Shown here: positions 47,469 to 56,301 of the stretch, in pieces
Layout: each line of letters opens with the position of its first letter
How positions within the stretch are numbered: position 1 is the first letter of the stretch
Assembly: GCA_965248925.1 (NCBI GenBank)
Contig: CBDFLE010000006.1
Span: forward strand, 3,488,001 to 3,552,000
DNA length: 64,000 nt
DNA from: Candidatus Multivoradales bacterium
GTDB taxonomy: Bacteria > Acidobacteriota > Thermoanaerobaculia > Multivoradales > J023
Direction: 5' to 3'
Program-made: the position numbers and the translations under genes
Notes under the pieces: model-generated
What the model was told of the DNA's origin: nothing
Database searches by the model: none
What the model saw: only the letters and a program-made list of their open reading frames with translations

Positions 47469-50400
47469 GTGGCGGCCCAGAAAGAGGTCGCTTGCTGGCT
47501 GCCAGCGCGGTGGATGGTGAAGTCTGTGCCGACTCCTTGCCTCGGCCACAGCGGCAGCGTTGGCAGCCCTTGCGCAGCGGCTTGTTGAACCTCTATCGCT
47601 ACGACTACGAAGAGTTCCACTTCGAGGACGGCCACCTGCTGCTGCGCGGCCACAACGGCACCGGAAAATCCCGAGTTCTGGCTTTGCAACTGCCTTTTCT
47701 CTTCGATGGCGACGTTTCCTCATACCGGATGGAGCCCGACCGCGATCCCGCCAAGCGGGTCGAGTGGAACCTGCTGCTCGGCCGCCACGACCAGCGCCTG
47801 GGCTACACCTGGCTGGAGTTCGGTCGCCGTGATGAGGCCGGCGAGGAGCACTACCTGACTCTTGGTTGCGGTCTGCGGGCGGTGGTTGGCCGCGGGCTGG
47901 TCGGCAAGTGGCTGTTTCTTACCCGCCAGCGTATCGGCCGAGATCTCTTCCTGCAGAGCGCTTCCGGCCATGCTCTGTATCGCCGTTCGCTCGAAGAGCA
48001 GATCGGCAACCAGGGAGAGGTCTTCGCCACCGCTCGCCAATATCGCCGGGCGGTCGATAACGCCCTTTTCAAACTGGGTGAGCAGCGTTACGCCGCGCTG
48101 GTGGATCTATTGATTCAGCTGCGTCAGCCGCAGCTGTCGCGGGAACTCGACGAGTCGCGGCTCTCGGCCGCCCTCTCCGAGGCGCTGCCGCCCCTGTCGG
48201 CGGCGGTGCTCGACGATATCGCCGAGGCTTTTCGCGGTCTCGAAGACGAACGCCAGGCGGTGGAGCATCTGCTCGCGGCGGGTACCGGGGCGGGCAAGTT
48301 TCTCGAGCACTACGAGCCCTACGCCAGGGTCGCGGCGCGGCGCCGCGCCGAAGCGGTGCGCAAGACCCACGCCGCCTACGAGAGTGTAATGCGACGGCTG
48401 CGCGACGCCGAGCGGCGGTTCGAGGTCGCTAGCGAGGAGCTCGCGGAGACCCGCGCCGAGCATCAGCGGCTGACCCTCGCCGAGCGCGAGGCGGGGGCCC
48501 GGGTCCAGGCCCTGGCGGCGAGTCCAGAAATGCGTGACGCCGATGCTCTCGACGCCGCTCGCCGGCTGGCGTCAGAGCGTCAGCAGACGGCTCACCGGGC
48601 GGCCGAGGATCATCGCTCTGCGGTTGTCACTCAAGAAGCCCAAGCGGACCAACTCGACAACGATCGGGCGGCCACCAGCGAGGCTCGGGACGAAGTCGAA
48701 GCGCAGCTTCATGCAGCAGCCGCTCAGGCAGAAAAGGTTGGCCTCGGCCGTCACCACGGCGCGGCCATCAATCGCCTCGGCCTGCCGGAAGGCGGCGAAA
48801 TCGAAGGGCTTTCAGTTGCTCGCCAGAGTCTTGAGGAGGCGCATCAGCGGCAGCGCCAAAGCGCCGAACACTTGCACCAGCTGGTGCGGACGGCAGCAGC
48901 GGCGGCCGACTCTCTCCGGGTGGCGAAGCGGGCCCAAACCGCCCAGGCCGCTGAGCTTGATGAAGCCCGGCGCGGCGAGCGTGCCGCCCATGTCGCCCGC
49001 GCTGCCGCTACCGACAGCTTGCTCGGCGACTATCGGCAGTGGGTGGCAAGCTGTGTCGAGCTGCAACCCGGAGAGGAAGAAGATCTTGCCGGGGAGTTGA
49101 GGGAATGGAGCCAGGTCGGTGGCGGCCCCAGTCCGTTACGGCAGGCCGCGCGAAGGGCCGAGATGGCGGCTGAAGCCCGCCTCGCTGGCCTGGAAGCTGG
49201 CCTTGAGCGACAGCGCTCGACGCTGGAGGAGGAGCTTGCGGCCCTCACCGCCGAGCAACAAGACTTTCGCCGTGGTATCCATCGACCACCGCTGGCGCCG
49301 CACACTCGGGAAGAGGCGGTGCGAGAAAGCCGTCGCGGAGCGCCGCTGTGGCAGCTCTGCGACTTTCAAGCTGGGGCAGATCCGGCGACCCGGGCCGGGC
49401 TCGAGGCGGCACTCGAGGCCGCCAGCTTGCTCGATGCCTGGTTGACCCCCGCCGGTCGCTTGCTCGATGCAGGCGATGAGAGCGTGCCCCAGGACACCTT
49501 GTTGGCAGCCGACCGCTCGGCGCAGCCTGAGCACACTCTCGCCGAGGTTTTGCGACCGGTGCCACCGCCGGACGGTGGCGAACCAGAGGTGCCGGTGGCG
49601 ACCGTCGAGGCGGTGTTGCGTTGCATCGGTCTGGGCAGTGGGCAGGGGGATGTTTGGGTCGATCCGGTGGGACAGTGGCGGGTCGGCCCGCTCTTCGGCC
49701 GTTGGCAAAAACCGCGAGCGCAACACCTCGGCGCGGAGGCTCGGGAGCAAGAGCGACGCCAGCGACTGGCAGATCTCGAGGCGGCGCTCGAAGCTGGCAG
49801 AGCAGACCTGGCTGCTCTACGCGAGGAACTCTCCGCGGTCGCTGATCGCCGTGCTGGCACGCAGCGCGAGGCGGCGCTGGCGCCGATCGCGGCGGCGGTG
49901 CGCAGAGCCCTGGCGGAGATCACCGCGAGGGCTGCCGAAGTAGACCGCTGCCGCGGTCGTTTGGCCACCGCTGAGAGTGCCGTGGCGATGGAGCGTCGAG
50001 CGTCCACCGTGGCTGATCAACAACGTCTGCGAACCGCTGAAGATCTGGGCCTGAGTGCCTGGGCGGCGGTTCCTCGAGAGCTCTCCGAGTGCCTGGGCGC
50101 ATATCGAGAGATCCTCGCTGAGCTGTGGCCGACGGCGCGGAGCTGGTGGGCGGTCCGACAGCAGGTAGCGAACTCTGAGGAACGGGCGACCTGGGCGCGA
50201 TCCGAGGTCGAGCGCTGCTCCGAGCAGCGCCTACGAACTGAGCAGCAAGCCCGAATGGCGGCTGCTGAGCGCGACACCCTCGCCGCGGCGGTGGGGGCCA
50301 ATGTTGAAGAAATCCTCGCCCGTCTCGAGCACGCCCGGCGGCAGGTCGAGGAGCTGCGCAAGCAGCGCGAAGAGGTTGTCGGCGCAGAGCAGGAACTCGG

Positions 50401-51652
50401 AGTGGAGCGGGTTCGCCAAGAGGGGTTGATCGACTCCGGCCGCCGGCTGCTCGAGCAGGAGGATCAATCTCGGGCGCTGGCCATCATGGCTTTGCGCAGC
50501 TATGTTGAGACCGGACTTGGGGTGGTGGCGATCGAGGGGCTCGAGGTTGGGGATCCAGCGCAGTGGTCGGCCACTCATGCGGTAGAGGTAGCCCGTGAGA
50601 TGGAGGGCAAGCTCTCCTCGGTGGACAGCGATGAGGAGGCCTGGCGGCGTCATCAGCGGGCAATTCACAGTCATTTTCAGGGTCTTTGCGAGAGCCTTCT
50701 GCGCCTGGGCTACCAACCCTCCGCGACCACCGAGCACGATCTCTTCCTGGTCACGGTGCCGTTCCAGGGCAATCTTTTCACCATGGCCGAGCTGCACCAA
50801 GCGCTCTCCGCCGAGCGTGACGCGCGGCAGGCGGTGCTCGCAGCTCGCGAGCAGGAGGTGCTTGAGAACCACCTCCTCGGCGAGGTGGCCGCCCATCTTC
50901 ACGGCCGCCTACGGGCAGCGGAAGAACTGGTGCGGGATATGAACGAAGAACTCCAGGAGCGGCCGATGAGCACCGGCATGACGCTGCGTTTCGTCTGGCG
51001 GCCCGATGCGGACGACCCCGAGAACCTGGCGGCTCGACGGCTCTTGCTTGGCGCCAGTGGCACCTGGTCGCCAGAAGATCGCCAGCGGCTGGGCAGCTTT
51101 TTGCACCGGCTGTTAGACCAGGAGCGCAGTGAGAACGACATCGGCACTTGGCGAGAGCATCTCGAACAAGCCTTCGACTACCGCCAGTGGCACCGCTTTG
51201 GGGTCGAGCGGCAGCAGGACGGACGCTGGAAACGCCTCACCCGGCGAACTCACGGCACTGGCTCAGGAGGCGAGAAAGCGATCGCCCTGACCATGCCACA
51301 GTTCGCCGCCGCCGCTGCCCACTACCGCACCGCTGACCCGCTGGCGCCGCGGCTCATTTTGCTCGACGAGGCATTCGTTGGTGTCGATGCCGACATGCGT
51401 CGCAAGTGCATGGATTTGCTGACTGCTTTCGATCTCGATTTCATGATGACCAGCGAGCGCGAATGGGGCTGCTACGACACTCTGAAAGGGCTGTCGATTT
51501 ACCATCTTTCGGCCCGTCCCAACATCGCAGCAGTAGGGGTCAGCCGCTGGCTGTGGAACGGCCGGCGAAAAGTTCGTCAGTCAGCGCCGCTGGCGCCCTC
51601 GATGCCGCCAGCGGCGATCGATGCTGATTCGGATCCGGCAGCAGATGGATGA
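47465..51652 (+). CDS. jetC: Wadjet type II JetC, SMC-like ATPase (TIGR02680-like)
   Basis: Walker A GHNGTGKS, long coiled coil, signature SGGEK, Walker B ILLDEAF. Confidence 0.9.
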   Translation: MSGGPERGRLLAASAVDGEVCADSLPRPQRQRWQPLRSGLLNLYRYDYEEFHFEDGHLLLRGHNGTGKSRVLALQLPFLFDGDVSSYRMEPDRDPAKRVEWNLLLGRHDQRLGYTWLEFGRRDEAGEEHYLTLGCGLRAVVGRGLVGKWLFLTRQRIGRDLFLQSASGHALYRRSLEEQIGNQGEVFATARQYRRAVDNALFKLGEQRYAALVDLLIQLRQPQLSRELDESRLSAALSEALPPLSAAVLDDIAEAFRGLEDERQAVEHLLAAGTGAGKFLEHYEPYARVAARRRAEAVRKTHAAYESVMRRLRDAERRFEVASEELAETRAEHQRLTLAEREAGARVQALAASPEMRDADALDAARRLASERQQTAHRAAEDHRSAVVTQEAQADQLDNDRAATSEARDEVEAQLHAAAAQAEKVGLGRHHGAAINRLGLPEGGEIEGLSVARQSLEEAHQRQRQSAEHLHQLVRTAAAAADSLRVAKRAQTAQAAELDEARRGERAAHVARAAATDSLLGDYRQWVASCVELQPGEEEDLAGELREWSQVGGGPSPLRQAARRAEMAAEARLAGLEAGLERQRSTLEEELAALTAEQQDFRRGIHRPPLAPHTREEAVRESRRGAPLWQLCDFQAGADPATRAGLEAALEAASLLDAWLTPAGRLLDAGDESVPQDTLLAADRSAQPEHTLAEVLRPVPPPDGGEPEVPVATVEAVLRCIGLGSGQGDVWVDPVGQWRVGPLFGRWQKPRAQHLGAEAREQERRQRLADLEAALEAGRADLAALREELSAVADRRAGTQREAALAPIAAAVRRALAEITARAAEVDRCRGRLATAESAVAMERRASTVADQQRLRTAEDLGLSAWAAVPRELSECLGAYREILAELWPTARSWWAVRQQVANSEERATWARSEVERCSEQRLRTEQQARMAAAERDTLAAAVGANVEEILARLEHARRQVEELRKQREEVVGAEQELGVERVRQEGLIDSGRRLLEQEDQSRALAIMALRSYVETGLGVVAIEGLEVGDPAQWSATHAVEVAREMEGKLSSVDSDEEAWRRHQRAIHSHFQGLCESLLRLGYQPSATTEHDLFLVTVPFQGNLFTMAELHQALSAERDARQAVLAAREQEVLENHLLGEVAAHLHGRLRAAEELVRDMNEELQERPMSTGMTLRFVWRPDADDPENLAARRLLLGASGTWSPEDRQRLGSFLHRLLDQERSENDIGTWREHLEQAFDYRQWHRFGVERQQDGRWKRLTRRTHGTGSGGEKAIALTMPQFAAAAAHYRTADPLAPRLILLDEAFVGVDADMRRKCMDLLTAFDLDFMMTSEREWGCYDTLKGLSIYHLSARPNIAAVGVSRWLWNGRRKVRQSAPLAPSMPPAAIDADSDPAADG

Positions 51653-52904
51653 TCTGGCACGGCTGCGTGCAACCTTGGGAACACCCGAGCTTGTCTGGTT
51701 GATCGAGCGTTTGCGCGGTTGCCTCGAACGCCAGCGGGCACTGCCGGCAAGCGTCATCCTGGATTGTCCGACGGCGCAGCAGCGGAGGGCAGTCGATTGT
51801 CTTTTGGGCCGCCCGCCGTCGCGGGGAAAAAGTCTCCGGGTTGATCTCGGCCGTCTTGACAGGCTGCTTCGCCGGGCAGGCCTCTGTGCCGATCTGGAGC
51901 AAGCTGCCGAGGCCCTCGGGGGTCCCCTCTCGGGCCGTTTCGCTTTGCGCGCTCGTCGCGCTGCGAGTTGGTCGAGTCTCTTTGCCGAGGTCGGTCGGCG
52001 CCTGGAAGGCCAGTCGGTTCGGAACTGGCCGGCACAGCACTGGCTGGCGGAACTGCAAGCGAGCGGCTTGCTGAAGCGCCTGAGCGGTGGTGATCCACAG
52101 CTGGGTCAGCGGCTTCTCGAGCAGGCGCTCCTGGTCCTCGACCATCTGCCGGGCGCCGGCCAGTTGCTGGCCGAGATTGCCGCTACGGTAACCGGCGATA
52201 GCCACGTCCTCGATGCCGGACGGCCCCTAAGTACCCTGGTGCTGCGGGCCTTGCCGCACCTGTGGGATGTCGATCGGGACGCTGAGCGGCGAGATGCCTG
52301 GGCGGCGGTCGGCGTCCTCTGCGATGAACTCAGTGCGCCGGTTCTGACCCTCAACCTGCGGGCTGCGATAGAGGGTACCAGCGGCCGGGCCTTGGCCCTA
52401 CACGCCGCTGCTGGCGAGCCATATCGATTGTCGATTCGCCAGCTCAGACGTCAACCGCCGCATTTCTCAGTGCGCCGCACCGGTCGCCGGGTTTTTGTTT
52501 GTGAGAACCCTGCCGTGGTCGCGGCGGCGGCCGACCGACTCGGTGCGAGCAGCGCGCCGTTGATTTGCCTTGAGGGTCAGCCGACGACCGCCGCCCGCTT
52601 GCTTCTGGAGCAGCTCAGCGCGGCCCACATCGAACTCGTGTATCACGGAGATTTTGACTGGCCAGGGCTCCACATCGGCAATCTTGTCAGGCGTCGCCAC
52701 GGTGCTGCCCCGTGGCGTTTCTCAGCCGTCGACTACCTCTCTACTCGCGGTGGCTCAGAACTTGCCGGGTTAGCGGTGGTGGCCAGCTGGGATACCGAAC
52801 TGGCGCCAGCCATGGAGGCCGAGCAGCGAGCGGTGCATGAGGAGCAGATGTTGGCCGAGTTGCTGACTGACCTAGCGCGAGGAGAGGTCTCAGGTGCCGG
52901 CTAA
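51645..52904 (+). CDS. jetD: Wadjet type II JetD, Toprim nuclease (DUF2399/TIGR02679-like)
   Basis: VFVCENP...PLIC.EGQP...YHGDFDWPGL.I...HEE. Confidence 0.88.
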   Translation: MDDLARLRATLGTPELVWLIERLRGCLERQRALPASVILDCPTAQQRRAVDCLLGRPPSRGKSLRVDLGRLDRLLRRAGLCADLEQAAEALGGPLSGRFALRARRAASWSSLFAEVGRRLEGQSVRNWPAQHWLAELQASGLLKRLSGGDPQLGQRLLEQALLVLDHLPGAGQLLAEIAATVTGDSHVLDAGRPLSTLVLRALPHLWDVDRDAERRDAWAAVGVLCDELSAPVLTLNLRAAIEGTSGRALALHAAAGEPYRLSIRQLRRQPPHFSVRRTGRRVFVCENPAVVAAAADRLGASSAPLICLEGQPTTAARLLLEQLSAAHIELVYHGDFDWPGLHIGNLVRRRHGAAPWRFSAVDYLSTRGGSELAGLAVVASWDTELAPAMEAEQRAVHEEQMLAELLTDLARGEVSGAG

Positions 52905-54365
52905 AGCCAGTGGGAAAGCGAATACGGTGCCCTGGCCTTCCACACTCTCGACTTCGATTCGACTGTTGTGCAGCTCCAAGATCCGCTGGGTGATAGCCAG
53001 ACCGAGGCCGGCCCCCTGGTGGCCGCGGGTCTGGTCGCGACTCTTGTAGAAGCGTTCGAAAACGTGCGGCAAGTCCTCTTCGGCAATGCCACATCCGGTA
53101 TCGCGAATGCGCACCAGAATATCCTCGGAGCGGCGCAGCAGCTCGATAGTGATCGAGCCTTCAGGCGGGGTGAAGCGGAGGGCGTTCTCGAGCAGATTTT
53201 CGAGCACCCGCTCCAGCAAGCCGATATCAGCTACTACCGGCGGCAGCTCGGGATTGAGCACCGCCTTCAGCTCGACCCCGCGCTCGGCTGCTTGCAAGTG
53301 ATATCGCTGCACGTTGTCCTGTACCAGTTCGTTGATTGAGAAGGCTTCCAGGCTCGGCGCGATTTGCTGATGGTCTAGTTTGGTGAGTTCGAAGAGTTCC
53401 TCCACCAGCCGGCCGAGACGCTCGGATTGACGCCAGGCGATAGTCTGGTATTCGTCGCGCTCGGTGTCGCTCAGCTGGTCGTTCTTGAGCACCAGGGTAT
53501 CCAGGTAACCTTGCAGGCTGGCGATCGGCGTGCGGAGGTCGTGGGAGATGTTGGCCACCAGTTCGCGGCGCTCATCCTCGAGCCGCTGCATATCCTCGAT
53601 CTGGCGCAGAATACGCTCGGTCATGCGGCCGAAAGAGGCATCGAGCAGCAACACCTCATCGCTGTCGTCCGCTGGTGCCAGGTCCAAACCTGCGCCCTCG
53701 CGACCGAAAGCACGGATGCGACTGGCGAGTTGCCGCAGCGGTTGGGTGAGGCGGCGAAAGAGCAGCAAGCCGGCCGCCGCTGCCAGGGCGATCGAGGCCA
53801 GCAGAGTCCAGCTGGCGAGCCGTAGAACATAGCTCGAACGCAGCAATTCGGTGGCTGAATCGTACTGCTCGGAGGCCAGCACAATGTAGAGGTAGCCGGC
53901 CGTGGCGCCGGTCTCGGGTGGTGGGATAGGGGCCACCGAAAAGATCTTTCTGCGGTTCGGATGGCGCGGATCGTCCCCCAGAATTGGCAGCCGGTGACGA
54001 GGGTCGAGAAAGTGCTCGATCGGCGCCATTGCCACCTGCTGTCGGGTCACCTTGCCGGGGGTGTCGTCGTAGGCGCGGATGCGACCGTCCATGTCGAGCA
54101 AGTAGAATTCGACCCCCGGATTGACCACCATCAGCCAGTGAAACAGCTCTTGCAAGCCTGCGGCGCGGATCTCACCCTCGGCGGTCAGAAAGGTGGTGTG
54201 CTTGGCCGCCGTCAGGTGTTCGGCGAGGTCGAGCTGCAGGCTCTGCCCGACCTCTTGCAGGTGCAATTCAGTGGTCCGCAGGGTGAGTATCACTTGCACG
54301 CTGCCCACCGTTAGCAACAAGGCCAGCAGCACCGCGGCGAGACGAGCGTGCAGAGTGCGCAGCAT
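52890..54365 (-). CDS. Sensor histidine kinase (HAMP, HisKA, HATPase)
   Basis: ANISHDLRTP, NLLENALRF, DTGCGI and GAGLGLAI motifs. Confidence 0.93.
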   Translation of the reverse strand: MLRTLHARLAAVLLALLLTVGSVQVILTLRTTELHLQEVGQSLQLDLAEHLTAAKHTTFLTAEGEIRAAGLQELFHWLMVVNPGVEFYLLDMDGRIRAYDDTPGKVTRQQVAMAPIEHFLDPRHRLPILGDDPRHPNRRKIFSVAPIPPPETGATAGYLYIVLASEQYDSATELLRSSYVLRLASWTLLASIALAAAAGLLLFRRLTQPLRQLASRIRAFGREGAGLDLAPADDSDEVLLLDASFGRMTERILRQIEDMQRLEDERRELVANISHDLRTPIASLQGYLDTLVLKNDQLSDTERDEYQTIAWRQSERLGRLVEELFELTKLDHQQIAPSLEAFSINELVQDNVQRYHLQAAERGVELKAVLNPELPPVVADIGLLERVLENLLENALRFTPPEGSITIELLRRSEDILVRIRDTGCGIAEEDLPHVFERFYKSRDQTRGHQGAGLGLAITQRILELHNSRIEVESVEGQGTVFAFPLALAGT

Positions 54366-54374
54366 CGGTGTGGC

Positions 54375-55070
54375 TCAGCCGGGCTCGGCGAATTTGTAGC
54401 CCACGCCCCAAACGGTGAGGATGTGGCGGGGCTGGGTGGGGTCGTTTTCGATCTTGGAACGCAGCCGGTTGATGTGCGAATTCACCGTGTGTTCGTAGCC
54501 GCCGTGGCCATAGGCCCACACCTGATCGAGCAATTCGGCGCGGCTGTAGACCCGGCCCGGATGGCGGGCGAAATGTAGCAGCAGATCGAATTCCTTGGCG
54601 GTCAGGCGCAGCTCTCGGGCGTTCTGGAGCACCCGGCGGCGCGGGACATCGATCTCCAGGTCACCAGCGGTGATCACCGCGCTCTCCTCGGGTTTGTTGC
54701 TCAGGGCTTCGACCCGGCGCAAGATGGCCTTGACTCGGGCGACCAGCTCGCGGACGCTGAACGGCTTGGTCAGGTAGTCGTCGGCGCCCACCTCCAGGCC
54801 GAGTACCCGGTCGAGTTCGCTCGACTTAGCGGTCAGCATCAGCACCGGGGTGTAGCTTGCCCGCTGGCGGATCCGCTGGCAGATTTCCAAGCCGTCAACG
54901 CCCGGCAGCATGAGATCGAGGACGATCAGATCGAAGTCGTCCGAAGTCGCCAAGCGGAGGCCGTTGTTGCCATCGGCGGCGCGGGTGACGGTGTGACCGG
55001 CGTCGTTCAGGTGCAGCTCCACCAGCCGGGCCAGAGGGTCTTCGTCTTCGATTACCAGCACATTCGACAT
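54375..55070 (-). CDS. OmpR-family response regulator
   Basis: VIEDE, LDLMLPGVDG, GADDYLTKPF; winged helix HTVNSHINRLRSKIE...TVWGVGYKF. Confidence 0.95.
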   Translation of the reverse strand: MSNVLVIEDEDPLARLVELHLNDAGHTVTRAADGNNGLRLATSDDFDLIVLDLMLPGVDGLEICQRIRQRASYTPVLMLTAKSSELDRVLGLEVGADDYLTKPFSVRELVARVKAILRRVEALSNKPEESAVITAGDLEIDVPRRRVLQNARELRLTAKEFDLLLHFARHPGRVYSRAELLDQVWAYGHGGYEHTVNSHINRLRSKIENDPTQPRHILTVWGVGYKFAEPG

Positions 55071-55154
55071 CTTTAGAACTCCAGACACCGTGCCCGCTAG
55101 GAACTGCGGCTCTCATCGCTGACGGCAGTCAGGGTGCAGTTTAAAGCCCGATGT

Positions 55155-55171
55155 TCACGAAATCATCACGA
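55155..55171 (-). promoter_or_regulatory. TCACGA direct repeat upstream of the response regulator (candidate autoregulatory box)
   Basis: TCACGA-AATCA-TCACGA, 11-bp period, same orientation as the array at 44344-44401. Confidence 0.5.
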
Positions 55172-55248
55172 TCGAGCCAAGAATTGGCTCTTAGCACCGA
55201 GCCCGCCGCGCCATGAGAGGATGTCGATCCTACTAGGAGGATAGAAGG

Positions 55249-56280
55249 ATGCGCGCAATTCGCTGGCTGGCCTTTTTCTTGATCGCTGCGGTGGCTGGTT
55301 CGCTGGCCGCCGAGTCGCCAGGGCTGACTTCCAGCGGGTTTTCCCGCCCGGTCCACACCTACTCGATCGTCGCCCACGACCCACTGACCGGCGAGTTTGG
55401 GGTGGCGGTACAAAGCCACTGGTTTCAGGTCGGTGCGATTGTCAGTTGGGCTCGGGCGGGAGTCGGAGCGGTGGCCACCCAATCGTTCGTCGAGCCAGCC
55501 TACGGCCCTCGCGGGCTCGAGCTGATGGCTCAGGGCAAGAGCGCCGGCGAGGCTCTCGACATCCTGCTGGCCGCCGATCCGCAGCGCGATGTGCGGCAGA
55601 TTGCCATGGTCGATAACCAGGGACGGGTGGCGGCGTGGACCGGCCCAAAGTGCATCGCTGCAGCGGGCCACCAGACCGGCAAGAGTTATTCGGTGCAGGC
55701 CAACCTGATGGATCAAGACACTGTCTGGCCAGCGATGGCGGCAGCCTTCGAGGCCGCTGAGGGTAGCCTTGCCGAGCGCTTGTTGGCGGCTCTCGAAGCA
55801 GCCCAAGCAGAGGGTGGCGACATTCGTGGCCAGCAGAGCGCGGCGCTAATGGTGGTGCGTGGTGAGGCCGATGTCGAGCCCTGGCGGGAGCGGCTGGTAG
55901 ATCTGCGCATTGCCGATCACCCTGAGCCGCTGGTCGAGCTGCGCCGTCTCTTGCGTCTGCACCGTGCCTACGAGGCGATGAACGGTGGCGACGAAGCGAT
56001 GGCGCGAGGCGATGTTGTTGTCGCTAGCCGTCTCTACAGCGAGGGTGTAGAGACGGCGCCGGAGGTCGTCGAGTTGCCCTTCTGGCAAGCAGTGACCTTG
56101 TTCACTAGTGGCCACGAGGCAGAAGCGGTGCCAATCCTGCGCCGGGTATTCGCCGCTGAAGAGCGCTGGCGCCGCTTGCTGCCACGGCTGGTGCCGGCCG
56201 GCATCGTGCCCGATCAGGCGATGATCGAAAAGATGCTCAAGGCAGTCGATGCACCGCCGCCGCAGTCCGCCGACGGATGA
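55249..56280 (+). CDS. DUF1028-like Ntn-hydrolase with signal peptide and TPR-like tail
   Basis: HTYSIVA.D..TGE.GVAVQS, GAVATQS, GGDIRGQQSAAL and DLRI.DHPEP..EL motifs. Confidence 0.85.
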   Translation: MRAIRWLAFFLIAAVAGSLAAESPGLTSSGFSRPVHTYSIVAHDPLTGEFGVAVQSHWFQVGAIVSWARAGVGAVATQSFVEPAYGPRGLELMAQGKSAGEALDILLAADPQRDVRQIAMVDNQGRVAAWTGPKCIAAAGHQTGKSYSVQANLMDQDTVWPAMAAAFEAAEGSLAERLLAALEAAQAEGGDIRGQQSAALMVVRGEADVEPWRERLVDLRIADHPEPLVELRRLLRLHRAYEAMNGGDEAMARGDVVVASRLYSEGVETAPEVVELPFWQAVTLFTSGHEAEAVPILRRVFAAEERWRRLLPRLVPAGIVPDQAMIEKMLKAVDAPPPQSADG

Positions 56281-56301
56281 GGAAAGAACTCCCTAGTTGC
56301 C

